Assembly: GCA_051748045.1 (NCBI GenBank)
Contig: JBNJGY010000001.1
Span: 96,001 to 160,000, forward strand
Length of the DNA: 64,000 nt
Reading direction: 5' to 3'
Source: Thermotogota bacterium
GTDB taxonomy: Bacteria > Thermotogota > Thermotogae > Petrotogales > Petrotogaceae
The notes beneath the pieces were generated by a model. That model saw nothing but the letters and a program-made list of their open reading frames with translations, was not told the DNA's origin and made no database searches. Below, in pieces: positions 29,453 through 41,652 of the stretch (the first letter of the stretch is position 1; the number at the start of each line of letters is the position of its first letter). The position numbers were made by a program, and so were the translations under genes.

Positions 29453-30687
29453 TAGTATTTTTTTAACCAAGACCATATTTTTTTTATTCTTTCTCCTATC
29501 TTTTTTTCTAAACCATTATTTTTTGGATTATAAAATGTTACATCTTTATAATTTTCTGGCATATATTTTTCTTTTATATATCCACCAAAATCATGAGGGT
29601 ATTTATAATTATTTCCATAACCCTGTTTTTTCATATTTTTATTAATTGCATTCATTAAATGAAAAGGAATTCTAAAATTATTATTTTTTATAAATTCTTT
29701 TGCTTTTAAATATGCTTTATATGAACTATTCGATTTAGGTGCTGCAGCTAAATAGACAGTTGCTTCTGAAAGAGGTATAAAACATTCTGGATAACCTATT
29801 TGCTCAGTGGCTGTCATAGCAGAAACTGCAATGTTCAATGCGTTTGGATCTGCTAAACCTATGTCTTCTCCAGCTAAAATTACTATTCTTCTTGCAAGAT
29901 ACATAGGATCTTCACCATTTTCAAGCATGTAACTAAGATATAATAAAGCTGCATCAGGGTCGCTTCCTCTAACACTCTTGATAAAGGCAGAAATATATGA
30001 ATACTTATCATCAACATCATAATGCATTGTTTTTCCTGTAAAATCATCTACTTCATTTAAATCGATATTTTTAGTTCCACTTTCTACTATTGCTTCAACA
30101 AAATTAATTATTCTTCTCAAATCTCCATTGGAATAATTGATAATTTCTTTTTTCGCTTTTTCTGTTATTTTTATTCCTTTGTAAAAATTTTCTATCCTTT
30201 CAAAAACAATTTTATATTCTTCTTCATCAAATTCTTTTATTTTAAAAAGATTCACTCTAGATAACAAAGCAGGGTTTAATCTTACTGCTGGATTTTCTGT
30301 TGTTGCTCCAAAAAGTATTACGTCACCATTTTCTACATTTAAAAGCAATGTATCTTGCTCTGCTCTGTTTAATCTGTGAATTTCATCCACAAAAAGAATT
30401 TTTTGTTTTGAAAATAGATTATCTTCTTTATTTACTATTGACTTCAGTGTTTTAGCACCTTCTAAAGCTCCAGAAATTTGATATATTTCGTAATCTGATT
30501 CAATTTCATTTATTATAGCTTTAATGAAAGTTGATTTCCCAGATCCTGGAGGCCCATACACTACAAAAGATCTGATAGATTTATTGTCTATCCATTTTCT
30601 AAAAATGTTTTTCAACTTTTCATTACCTATTATTTCTTCAATTTTTTTAGGCCTTAGGATTTCTGATAAAGGATTTGATGATTTCAT
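29452..30687 (-). CDS. rarA: Replication-associated recombination protein A (MgsA/RarA AAA+ ATPase)
   Basis: GPPGSGKS, FVDEIHR, GATTENP, SAFIKSVRGSDPDAAL, EDIGLADP, PKSNS, YKYPH. Confidence 0.95.
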   Translation of the reverse strand: MKSSNPLSEILRPKKIEEIIGNEKLKNIFRKWIDNKSIRSFVVYGPPGSGKSTFIKAIINEIESDYEIYQISGALEGAKTLKSIVNKEDNLFSKQKILFVDEIHRLNRAEQDTLLLNVENGDVILFGATTENPAVRLNPALLSRVNLFKIKEFDEEEYKIVFERIENFYKGIKITEKAKKEIINYSNGDLRRIINFVEAIVESGTKNIDLNEVDDFTGKTMHYDVDDKYSYISAFIKSVRGSDPDAALLYLSYMLENGEDPMYLARRIVILAGEDIGLADPNALNIAVSAMTATEQIGYPECFIPLSEATVYLAAAPKSNSSYKAYLKAKEFIKNNNFRIPFHLMNAINKNMKKQGYGNNYKYPHDFGGYIKEKYMPENYKDVTFYNPKNNGLEKKIGERIKKIWSWLKKY

Positions 30688-30754
30688 TTTTTACTCCCCT
30701 TTTTAAAGTATACATAATAATAATATCATAAAATTTGTATAAAAAAAGGAGAGA

Positions 30755-31018
30755 TTAAATTCTCTCCAAATAAAATTTTGTTTCTTCTTCTAAATCGTTT
30801 ATAGAAAAGTTTCTTACCCATCTATTGAGTTCTTGATTTTCATGTTCTACAATTAAGACAGGAACAGCAAAAATAAGCTTTTGGGCTGCTATATCAGGTT
30901 GTTTTTTTGTATCAACAATTTCTACATCTATATTGTATTTTTCTGCTATATTTTTTACTTTGGGTAATATTGCTTTACAAACTCCACAACCATCATGTTT
31001 AAAATATTGAAATTTCAT
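30755..31018 (-). CDS. Thioredoxin-family protein
   Basis: CGVC motif and cis-Pro segment (AVP). Confidence 0.85.
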   Translation of the reverse strand: MKFQYFKHDGCGVCKAILPKVKNIAEKYNIDVEIVDTKKQPDIAAQKLIFAVPVLIVEHENQELNRWVRNFSINDLEEETKFYLERI

Positions 31019-31134
31019 TTATACCCCTCCTATGTATTTTTATAATTATAATATATTAATATGAAGAAAAAATGTATTAATTCTTTCAAGTATGTATGTT
31101 ATAATTGGTTTATATATATTTGGGAGGTGGGAAA

Positions 31135-32130
31135 ATGGCAGAATATGAAGTTTTTAATCCTGAAGAAAATGAAAATCAGGAACCTAAGAGAAATAAAACT
31201 CCTCATATCAAGACCATAATATCCATTATAGTTATTATTTTAATTGGAATTTACTTATCAACAGGTGTTTATCAAGTAGGCTCTTCAGAAGTAGCCTTAG
31301 TAAAAACATTTGGTAAATATCAATCTACACAGGGCCCAGGAATACACATTCATGCTCCAATTCCTTTTCAATCACATGTGATTATAGATACTAGAAGTGT
31401 TAAAAAAGTTGAAATAGGTTTTAGGACAACAAGAGGGGGATCTAACCCATCTTATTCTACTTTAGATCAAGAATCAAATATAATCACAGGTGATGAAAAC
31501 ATACTACATATTGAAGCTGTTGTTCAATATAGAATTAGAAATCCAGAAAAAGCAGCCTTTAGAATTATTGATGATTATAATTTGGTTAAATTTACTACAG
31601 AAAGTATTTTAAGAGAAAGAGTCGCACTTTCAGGAATTGATGATGTTCTTACCTCTGAGAGAGATTCAATAGCTATGAGAGCTTCTGAGCTTGTTCAAGA
31701 AACGCTTGATACTTATGATTCAGGTATAATGATCGAAAGTGTTTTCTTACAAGATGTCACACCACCAGATCCTGTTGTTTCATCATTTGATGATGTAAAC
31801 AATGCAAAACAAGATAGAGAAAAAATAATCAATGAAGCCAATAGATATTCTAATGATATTCTTCCAAGAGCAGAAGGTGAAGCAGAACAAATTTTAAGAC
31901 AATCAGAAAGCTATGCTTTTGAACAGGTAGCAGAAGCTGAAGGAGAAACACAAAGATTCCTTGCTATACTAGAAGAATATAAAAATTCTGAAGAAGTAAC
32001 TAGAAAAAGACTTATTCTTGATGCTATAAACGATATGCTACAAAGCTCTAAAATCAAAGTTATTTCAGAAAATGATAGTACTTTAAAACTGTTGAACTTA
32101 GATCAAATATTAGGTGGTGATTCTAAATGA
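31135..32130 (+). CDS. hflK: FtsH protease modulator HflK
   Basis: TM plus SPFH domain (GPG.H, ITGDEN, PP.PV..SFDDV, N.ILPRA.G.A); ATG 31135 after GGAGG. Confidence 0.93.
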   Translation: MAEYEVFNPEENENQEPKRNKTPHIKTIISIIVIILIGIYLSTGVYQVGSSEVALVKTFGKYQSTQGPGIHIHAPIPFQSHVIIDTRSVKKVEIGFRTTRGGSNPSYSTLDQESNIITGDENILHIEAVVQYRIRNPEKAAFRIIDDYNLVKFTTESILRERVALSGIDDVLTSERDSIAMRASELVQETLDTYDSGIMIESVFLQDVTPPDPVVSSFDDVNNAKQDREKIINEANRYSNDILPRAEGEAEQILRQSESYAFEQVAEAEGETQRFLAILEEYKNSEEVTRKRLILDAINDMLQSSKIKVISENDSTLKLLNLDQILGGDSK

Positions 32131-32987
32131 AAAAAATAGGGACTTTAATAACTTTAGGAATTATCGCCATATTAGTGATAGTTTTTCTTTCAACATCATT
32201 AGTAATTTTAGACGAAACTCAACAAGGAGCTATTGTAAGATTTGGTGATATAAGAAAAATAATTACTGAACCTGGTCTTTACTTTAAAACTCCATTTGTT
32301 GATAACGTTCTAAAATACGAAAAAAGGGTAATGCTTTATGATATAGACACTGAGAGAGTTATAACACAAGATAAAAAAACAATTGTTGTCGACACTTATT
32401 CTATCTGGAGAATTTCAAATGCACAAACTTTCATAGAAAGTATGAGAACTACTAATAACGCTTTAACAAGAATTGATGACGTTGTTTATTCTCATGTTAG
32501 AGATGTTATTGCTAAATATTCTTTTGATGAAATTTTATCCAGAAAAAGATTAGAATTATTAGAAGAAATAAAAGTTCGAAGTGAAGAGTCTTTACAAGAT
32601 TACGGTATAAATATTCTTGATGTTAGAGTAAAAAGAACTGATCTCCCAGATGACAATAGAAAAGCTGTTTACGAAAGAATGAATGCAGAAAGATATTCAA
32701 TTGCAGCTCAAATTAGAGCAGAAGGTGAAAAAGAAGGTCAAAAAATCAGAGCTGAAGCAGATAAACAGAAAGAAATTATTTTGTCTCAAGCTAATAGAGA
32801 TGCAAAGATTATCAGGGGTACTGCTGATGCAAGTTCACTAAATATTTACGCTAATGCTTATAATGAAGACTCAGAATTTTATGAATTACAAAGAATTACA
32901 AGCATTTATAAAGAATCCTTGAATAATTCTGTAATATCAATACCTTTAGATTCTCCATTGATGAAATATTTTGATGAGGTGGAATAA
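32127..32987 (+). CDS. hflC: FtsH protease modulator HflC
   Basis: VRFG, EPGLYFK.PF, T.DKK, DVRVKRTDLP, RM.AER, RAEG. Confidence 0.93.
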   Translation: MKKIGTLITLGIIAILVIVFLSTSLVILDETQQGAIVRFGDIRKIITEPGLYFKTPFVDNVLKYEKRVMLYDIDTERVITQDKKTIVVDTYSIWRISNAQTFIESMRTTNNALTRIDDVVYSHVRDVIAKYSFDEILSRKRLELLEEIKVRSEESLQDYGINILDVRVKRTDLPDDNRKAVYERMNAERYSIAAQIRAEGEKEGQKIRAEADKQKEIILSQANRDAKIIRGTADASSLNIYANAYNEDSEFYELQRITSIYKESLNNSVISIPLDSPLMKYFDEVE

Positions 32988-34730
32988 ATGAAAAAATTAA
33001 TGGGGTTATTAATACTTCTAACTCTATTTATTTTTACATCTTGCTCAAATCAAGAAAAAGACAGGATAGTAAATATAGATGAAACAAGAGTTTCTCCTAA
33101 CACTAGTTTAAATTTTGAAACAAATTTTGATTATGAAAATTATGATATTTTAATAAACGAATCACCGGTGAATGTTCAAAGTTCACCGGGTTCGTTTTTT
33201 ATAAATAATGCTGATTATGGACAGAATAATTTAACAATGAAATTTTTCGATGAATCGGAGAATTTAATTACCAATTATTCTACTTCTATATTTTTTGATA
33301 ATCAAGCTCCTCAAATAACAAATCAAAATATTTTTATAGAAAAAAGTGTTTTAAATATTAATTTTGAAGTCGAATCGGATGACTATCTATACAGTGTTTT
33401 AAGGGTTAACGATACACTCATTTCTTCAACAACTAATACTTCTTTCTATAAAAATATTCGAAAAAATTCAGGAGAAAAAAACATTACTATCAAGTTATTT
33501 GATGAAACTTATAACACAACTACTTTTTCAACATCTATCCATACAAATATAGACAATAAACCAAAAATACTTTCAAATGTATTAAGTATAAATTTGTTTT
33601 CTGAATATAATTTGGATTTTTCTGATGATTGGGATAAAGAATTAAATATATTTATAACAGATAATGGAATTAACAGTTTTTTTTATCCTTACAAAATATT
33701 AGAAACAGAATTATCAACAGCTACAATAAACGCTTTTGATTCTTCAAATAATTTTGATTTTAAAACAGTAAAAATATTGAGAGATAAAAACATACCAAAA
33801 AGTCCTATAATAAACTCAAGACTAATATCATCTGAATCCGGTTTTTTTTCTTGGGTTCCTGAAGGTGATAATTCGAAATATGTAATAGAAATTTTTGATG
33901 ATGATTATGGCTGGTATTCAAAGTATGACACTGATTCGTCTTTTTTTGAAATTCGCGAAGAAAACCTTAGTTTCATAAGAAAAATATCCTCTAATAGGAC
34001 AAAAGGCTTTCCGTCTCCTCCAATTATTAAATTTAAGGATAATTTGAAGCCTTATGCATCTGGAATTTTGGAAAATATTAATGAAAATTCTATATTAAAC
34101 CAAATAAATTCTCCTTTTATAGTCGCTTCAGATATTTTAATTGATGAAGGAAATAGTTTATTTATTGAATCTGGTACTATCCTAAGGTTTTTTGCAGATT
34201 CAAGACTAATTGTAAGAGGTAATTTATTTATTATGCCTGGTTTAGTTGAAAGCGAAATAATTGGAAATGGAATGATTGTTATGGACGGGGGAAATCTTAT
34301 TGTTTCTGATACCAAAATTGAAAATATTGATATTAATGGTGATGAAGGTAAATTGATCTTTTTAGAAGATATTAATTTTCTTAATGACTCAAATCTTAAC
34401 GTTCAGAATATTTTTAGAGTTCAACTTTACAACATACAAAAGAACTTAGGAGTAAACAATTTTAAAAATATATCTGGATTATATATTAAAAATAGTTCTC
34501 TTAATAATTCGACTATTTTGAATTCAAATGAAGCTTTGTTATACAATTCCACAATTAATGATTTTTCTCAAAGTTTTAGAACTAGATCGGTAATTGAAAA
34601 CTGTAAAATTGCCTCTATACAGAATACCGATTTCAGTTATCTTTATTCTATTGATACAGAGGTTGATGAAGTGTACAATGATAACTTCTCATTATTTTTG
34701 GATAATTTAAATAATTTTTCAGGAGATTAG
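32988..34730 (+). CDS. Hypothetical lipoprotein (Ig-like N-terminal region, probable beta-helix C-terminal region)
   Basis: Lipobox-like FTSC; D..AP.I Ig-type linker; SPFIV..DI.I..G..L.IE.G..L.F beta-helix entry motif. Confidence 0.65.
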   Translation: MKKLMGLLILLTLFIFTSCSNQEKDRIVNIDETRVSPNTSLNFETNFDYENYDILINESPVNVQSSPGSFFINNADYGQNNLTMKFFDESENLITNYSTSIFFDNQAPQITNQNIFIEKSVLNINFEVESDDYLYSVLRVNDTLISSTTNTSFYKNIRKNSGEKNITIKLFDETYNTTTFSTSIHTNIDNKPKILSNVLSINLFSEYNLDFSDDWDKELNIFITDNGINSFFYPYKILETELSTATINAFDSSNNFDFKTVKILRDKNIPKSPIINSRLISSESGFFSWVPEGDNSKYVIEIFDDDYGWYSKYDTDSSFFEIREENLSFIRKISSNRTKGFPSPPIIKFKDNLKPYASGILENINENSILNQINSPFIVASDILIDEGNSLFIESGTILRFFADSRLIVRGNLFIMPGLVESEIIGNGMIVMDGGNLIVSDTKIENIDINGDEGKLIFLEDINFLNDSNLNVQNIFRVQLYNIQKNLGVNNFKNISGLYIKNSSLNNSTILNSNEALLYNSTINDFSQSFRTRSVIENCKIASIQNTDFSYLYSIDTEVDEVYNDNFSLFLDNLNNFSGD

Positions 34731-34734
34731 CACT

Positions 34735-35391
34735 ATGAATATAGAAAGAATATTTAGAGATTTGAAATTAAAATCTTTCTCAAATTCACATTTACCGAAT
34801 TCCGCTTCGGTTTTTTTGACTATTATTAGTTCAAAGATGGTAAAAGATAAAATGAATATACTTGAAATTGGTTCTGGAATAGGACATGTAAGTTTAGTTT
34901 TATCTAAAGTTTTTGAAAAATCAAATTTTTATGGTGTGGAAATTCAAAAGGATTTATATGATTTTTCTTTAGAAAATAAAAAAGTAAACAATTCACCAAA
35001 TATTGAATTTATAAACGATGATATCAAAAACATTTCTAATTATTTTGATAATGAATTTTTTGATTTGATAATTAGTAATCCACCTCATTATATTTCAGGG
35101 AAATCAAGTAATTTAACTGATAGAAAAATTGCTAGAACATTTGATGAGAAAAATATATTTAATTTTATAGATAACTCATGGAAAATGATTAAAAATAAAA
35201 AAAGTGTTATTTATGTTTTACATAGTAATTCTTTTAGATCTTTTTTTTATAATGCTATAGATAGAAGACTAGAACCATATGAAATCATTCCTGCTTATGG
35301 GAAAAATAGCAAAGAATCTCAATTAATATGTTTAAAATTGAGAAAAAATGGTGGTAAGAATTTAACTTTTAAAAAACCTTATATAATATAA
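34735..35391 (+). CDS. SAM-dependent methyltransferase (tRNA1(Val) A37 N6-methyltransferase-like)
   Basis: LEIGSGIG, GVEIQ, FDLIISNPPHY, AR. Confidence 0.8.
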   Translation: MNIERIFRDLKLKSFSNSHLPNSASVFLTIISSKMVKDKMNILEIGSGIGHVSLVLSKVFEKSNFYGVEIQKDLYDFSLENKKVNNSPNIEFINDDIKNISNYFDNEFFDLIISNPPHYISGKSSNLTDRKIARTFDEKNIFNFIDNSWKMIKNKKSVIYVLHSNSFRSFFYNAIDRRLEPYEIIPAYGKNSKESQLICLKLRKNGGKNLTFKKPYII

Positions 35392-35400
35392 TTTTTAGGG

Positions 35401-36096
35401 GTGATTTTTTTGAAAAAAGGAAAGTTAATTGTATTAGAATCTGGTACAGACTCTAGTGGAAAAGAAACACAAACTAATCTTTTATTTTCAAGGCTAAAAA
35501 ATGATAATTTAAATATTTTAAAAATAGAATATCCTGATTATAAAAGTGAATCTTCAGCTTTGATTAAAATGTATTTGAATGGAGAATTTGGAACTGATCC
35601 TTATTCTGTTAATCCGTTTGCTTCTTCTTCTTTTTTTGCTGTAGATAGATATGCATCTTTCAAAAAGAAATGGGAAAATATTTATAAAAATGGAGGAATA
35701 ATAATAGCAGATAGATACACCACCTCAAATATGGTACATCAAGCCTCAAAAATTAAAGATGATAAAGAAAAAAATTATTTTTTAGAATGGTTATATGATT
35801 TCGAATTTAATAAAATAGGCATTCCAGAACCAGATAAAGTTTTTTTCTTGGATGTTCCACCTGACGTATCTTATTCTTTGATGAAAAATAGAAAGAATAA
35901 AATAAACGGTTCTTCAAAAAAAGACATACATGAAAATAATTTAGACTATCTATTAAATACTTATAATAACGCTTTATATGTCTCCAGTAAATATGATTGG
36001 GAAAGAATAATTTGTGTTAAAAATGGAAAAATGAAATCAATTCAAGAAATAAACGATGAAATTTATTATAAAGCAAAAGAGCTCATAAACTCATAA
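35401..36096 (+). CDS. tmk: Thymidylate kinase / deoxynucleoside kinase family
   Basis: P-loop variant ESGTDSSGKETQ, FAVDR, IADRY..SN, PD.VFFLDVP, DIHE. Confidence 0.8.
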   Translation: MIFLKKGKLIVLESGTDSSGKETQTNLLFSRLKNDNLNILKIEYPDYKSESSALIKMYLNGEFGTDPYSVNPFASSSFFAVDRYASFKKKWENIYKNGGIIIADRYTTSNMVHQASKIKDDKEKNYFLEWLYDFEFNKIGIPEPDKVFFLDVPPDVSYSLMKNRKNKINGSSKKDIHENNLDYLLNTYNNALYVSSKYDWERIICVKNGKMKSIQEINDEIYYKAKELINS

Positions 36097-36696
36097 TAAG
36101 TCTATAAACTCTTTTGTTAAACGAGCTGTTAATCCCCAGATTATATGCCCCTGGTAATTATAAAAGTAAATTGGGTATTTACCTTTTTTCCATTTATATT
36201 TTTTACCATTTGGTATTAACTCATAAGGAAATCCATCATCTGTGCTTGTTAATATTTCAGCATAATGAACTTGAGGATTATTGTTCAAGAAATATTCTAT
36301 TGGTACTGTAAAAAGGCTGTCAACTTCATCACTTGAAAAATAGATTTTATTAAGCTCCATATTTAAAAAACCTATATAAGAGTGAATAATGAAATTATAA
36401 GGCGATATAAAATAATCGCCTTTTTTTATTATTTCAATATTTTTTGTAGATATGTTTAATTCTTCTCCAGTTTCTCTTTTTGCGGCTTCTAAATAGCTTT
36501 CATTTTTTTCAACCATCCCTCCAGGAAAAGATACCTCTCCTGGCTGTTTGCTGAGCGAGAGAGCTCTCGTTTCATATAACAACGACAATTCTCCTTCAAC
36601 TTCAATCAAAGGGATTAAAACAGAGTATATATTTTTTATTCCCAACGGTCTAGGTTGATGGTTATTAAGTTTTTTCTTAATATGTTCTAAATTCAT
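36091..36696 (-). CDS. CoA pyrophosphatase, Nudix family
   Basis: SVLIPL, L..QPGEVSFPGG, AAKRETGEELN, IWGLTA. Confidence 0.9.
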   Translation of the reverse strand: MNLEHIKKKLNNHQPRPLGIKNIYSVLIPLIEVEGELSLLYETRALSLSKQPGEVSFPGGMVEKNESYLEAAKRETGEELNISTKNIEIIKKGDYFISPYNFIIHSYIGFLNMELNKIYFSSDEVDSLFTVPIEYFLNNNPQVHYAEILTSTDDGFPYELIPNGKKYKWKKGKYPIYFYNYQGHIIWGLTARLTKEFIDLL

Positions 36697-37640
36697 TATA
36701 AATACCTTTCAGTTATCAAACTACAAATATCCTCTAATAATCTACTGTCTTTTTCATCAAACGGGTTAACCAAATGGCTATCTATATCTATCTCGCCAGC
36801 TATTTCTCCTTTTTTATCAAAAAGAGGAACTACTATTTCTGATTTTGTTTTTGGACTGCATGACAAATAATTATCTTCTTTTGATACATCACCTATTAAA
36901 AATGTTTTTTCAGTACTAGCAGCCTGTCCACAAATACCCTGACCAAATTCAATTTCAATATGTTCTGTTTCTTCTCCTATATATGGACCGACTTTTAATT
37001 TGTTATTTCCATCAACAAGATAAAACCCTGTCCAATTATAATAGTCTATTTTCTTATCAAGTAGTTCACAAATATTAGCTAAGGCATCAATAAAATCTAA
37101 TTTTTTACCATTTATTATTTTTTTTGCTTCATCATAAACTACCCAGAATAAAGCTTTTTTATCATCAGGTTGATAATTATTATTATATTCTGAAACTGCT
37201 TTTTCAAACAATTCTTCAAAAGTTATTTTATCTTTATTATCGAAATACCAAATATAATCCAGTAAAATAACATTAGTTTTGTATGTTTCAACAACTGTGT
37301 ATGGTTTTTCACCATCAATATTTATAATTAAAACTGAAAAATCTGCTCTTTTTAAATTATAATTATCAGATTTTTTTGTTATCAAGTTAATTATTTTCGA
37401 TTTTTCTTTTGCAATATTTTCTTCTCTAACCCAATTAACAATATCAAGTTTTTTCCTGCCAATGTTTTCTTTTAAATAATTAATATAAGATTCTTTATTA
37501 TAACCATTTTTTTCAATTCCAATTTTAAAAATACCATTGGTTTTTTTATCAAAATCGTCAAACCATTTTTTCCAATCTTCTTTCGGATATGATAATATTT
37601 CAAAGAAATCTTTGGTTTTATCGTTAAAAATGCTTCTCAC
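36696..37640 (-). CDS. GAF-domain protein (C-terminal fRMsr/MsrC-like domain, unknown N-terminal domain)
   Basis: NWTGFY, GPY.G, G.GICG.A, YLSC, SEIVVP, IDIDS...F...D. Confidence 0.85.
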   Translation of the reverse strand: MRSIFNDKTKDFFEILSYPKEDWKKWFDDFDKKTNGIFKIGIEKNGYNKESYINYLKENIGRKKLDIVNWVREENIAKEKSKIINLITKKSDNYNLKRADFSVLIINIDGEKPYTVVETYKTNVILLDYIWYFDNKDKITFEELFEKAVSEYNNNYQPDDKKALFWVVYDEAKKIINGKKLDFIDALANICELLDKKIDYYNWTGFYLVDGNNKLKVGPYIGEETEHIEIEFGQGICGQAASTEKTFLIGDVSKEDNYLSCSPKTKSEIVVPLFDKKGEIAGEIDIDSHLVNPFDEKDSRLLEDICSLITERYL

Positions 37641-37655
37641 TTATTTCACCTCAAA

Positions 37656-38849
37656 CTAAAATAATTTTTTTATAAATATATCTGGTTCTTTATCCTTAAA
37701 ATAAACAGAGAAAAAAACATATTTTCCATCATCGGAAAATGTTGGATAATATGTATCAACCTTTATATCTCTAGTTAAATTTAGTAAATTGTTATTGTAA
37801 TAGTAAAAAATATCATAAGATGCATTAAAATTATAAGAAAAAACAATTTTATCTGAATTATCAGACCATGAATCCATTTGATTTCTTGATAAATCAAAAA
37901 TATTTTTACTTTCTTCTTCATTTTTTATGTAAATTTTAACTTCTGCTGTGTGAGGGTCAATACCATAATAGATAAGATTATCTTTATAATATGAAGGTCT
38001 GTATTTCAACAGATTATCTTCAACTAGTATTTTTTTAGTCATAGTCTTTAAATTATATTCTACTATTCTATTATATTCTTCTACGTCATCAACTTCTTCT
38101 GAAAAAACTATTGTACTTTCATCTTTAAAATAAGGAGAATATCCGTAATAATTTTCTGTAACTTTCAAGAAATCATTCTTTTGCTTGTCATATAATACAA
38201 TATCCCAATTTCCAAATAGAGTTGATTGAAACACAAAAAAATTCCCATCAGGTGAAATGTCTGGAAAATATTCTGATGATAATTCAAGAGATATTTTTTC
38301 AGTTGAATTATTTTTTAAATCATAATAATATACTTCTCTATTTCCTTTGAATCTATCGCTTATAAAAGCTATTGTATCATTTCTCTTTATTGGGTATTCG
38401 TCCACACCATCATAGAAGGTTAACTGTAGAGTTTTCCAGCTTGAATCATGTTTAAACCTACTTAATGAGATTTTTTCTAATATATCGACACTCATTTCTG
38501 TAATCCAATCAGCAGAATTTTTTGACTTTATTTTTTTTAAATTGTTCTTACCTTCTATTTCATAATATACATTAATAATTTCTGTTGAGCTATTGGTTAA
38601 TCTTAAAAAAACGTCAGAATCATAGCTCATTTCTTTATTATAATCATAATAAGTAGCTAGATATTCAGTTTTGTTGGAACTGATTAATTCAAAATTATAG
38701 AAATAGCTACCTATTTCTACAATATTTTCAACCATTTGATTATGAAACCAGTCAGAACTATCATACTCAATAATCATTGAATTTTTATCGAAAGAAAAAC
38801 TTATTATAGAAATGATAATCAAAAAAATAAATAAAACCAATTTATTCAT
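37656..38849 (-). CDS. Exported TolB-like (PD40 beta-propeller) protein
   Basis: Signal peptide; IAFISDR..GNREVY, PDISPDG..FVFQS...GNWDI, PTFSDDGKYVFF. Confidence 0.8.
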   Translation of the reverse strand: MNKLVLFIFLIIISIISFSFDKNSMIIEYDSSDWFHNQMVENIVEIGSYFYNFELISSNKTEYLATYYDYNKEMSYDSDVFLRLTNSSTEIINVYYEIEGKNNLKKIKSKNSADWITEMSVDILEKISLSRFKHDSSWKTLQLTFYDGVDEYPIKRNDTIAFISDRFKGNREVYYYDLKNNSTEKISLELSSEYFPDISPDGNFFVFQSTLFGNWDIVLYDKQKNDFLKVTENYYGYSPYFKDESTIVFSEEVDDVEEYNRIVEYNLKTMTKKILVEDNLLKYRPSYYKDNLIYYGIDPHTAEVKIYIKNEEESKNIFDLSRNQMDSWSDNSDKIVFSYNFNASYDIFYYYNNNLLNLTRDIKVDTYYPTFSDDGKYVFFSVYFKDKEPDIFIKKLF

Positions 38850-38850
38850 T

Positions 38851-39288
38851 TTAATCAAGCTTTTCTTGAACTATTTTTTTCACTAAAGTTCCGTCGGCTT
38901 TTCCTTTCACTTTGGGCATAATTTTACCCATTACTTTTCCAAAATCTGTTTTATTTTCTGCTCCAACTTCTTTTATAACTTCGTCAACAATTTTTTCAAT
39001 TTCCTCTTTATTCATTTGTTCAGGTAAATATTTCATCAGAACCTTTATTTCTTCTTCTTCTTGATTTGCTAATTCATCTCTTCCAGCATTTCTATATTGT
39101 TCAGCAGAATCTTTTCTGTTTTTTATTTGTTTTTCTATTATCGATATTATTTCTTCGTCAGATAATTCTTTTTGTTTATCTATTTCTTGTTTTTTAATTT
39201 CTGCATTCACCATTTTAACAGTATTTAAAGCTATTTTGTTTTTTTCTTTCATATAATTTTTCATATCTTCCATAAGTTTCTTTTTCAT
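38851..39288 (-). CDS. GatB/YqeY domain protein
   Basis: DMK.YMK.K, K.R.DS..QY..AGR.EL, YLP.Q, GKVMG..MP..KGKADG. Confidence 0.95.
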   Translation of the reverse strand: MKKKLMEDMKNYMKEKNKIALNTVKMVNAEIKKQEIDKQKELSDEEIISIIEKQIKNRKDSAEQYRNAGRDELANQEEEEIKVLMKYLPEQMNKEEIEKIVDEVIKEVGAENKTDFGKVMGKIMPKVKGKADGTLVKKIVQEKLD

Positions 39289-39300
39289 AACAATCTCCTC

Positions 39301-41298
<1,998 letters not shown>

Positions 41299-41652
41299 CT
41301 ACCTCCTCTCAACTAATACAAAAGCTATTGCATATTCTTTTTCATGACTTATAGAAATTTTTATATCTACTTTATCAATTTTACCATTTAAATAAATCAT
41401 TGACTCTTTATCTATAAAAGGTTCTCCATTCTCTCTATTTAAAATAGTGATTGCATTAAAATCAAATGAAACATTTAAGGCTTTATATAAAGCCTCTTTA
41501 GCTGAAAATCTACCAGCTGCAAATTCTTTTTTTCTATTTTCATTTTTAAAATTGTTTATTATATTTTTTTCTTTTTCGGATAATATTCTAGAAATTATTT
41601 TTTCATTTATCCTTTGAATTCTTACAATATCAGTCCCTATTCCTTTAATCAT
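41299..41652 (-). CDS. acpS: Holo-[acyl-carrier-protein] synthase
   Basis: GIGTDIV, AGRFSAKEA..KAL, G.P, ISISHE..YA.A. Confidence 0.95.
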   Translation of the reverse strand: MIKGIGTDIVRIQRINEKIISRILSEKEKNIINNFKNENRKKEFAAGRFSAKEALYKALNVSFDFNAITILNRENGEPFIDKESMIYLNGKIDKVDIKISISHEKEYAIAFVLVERR

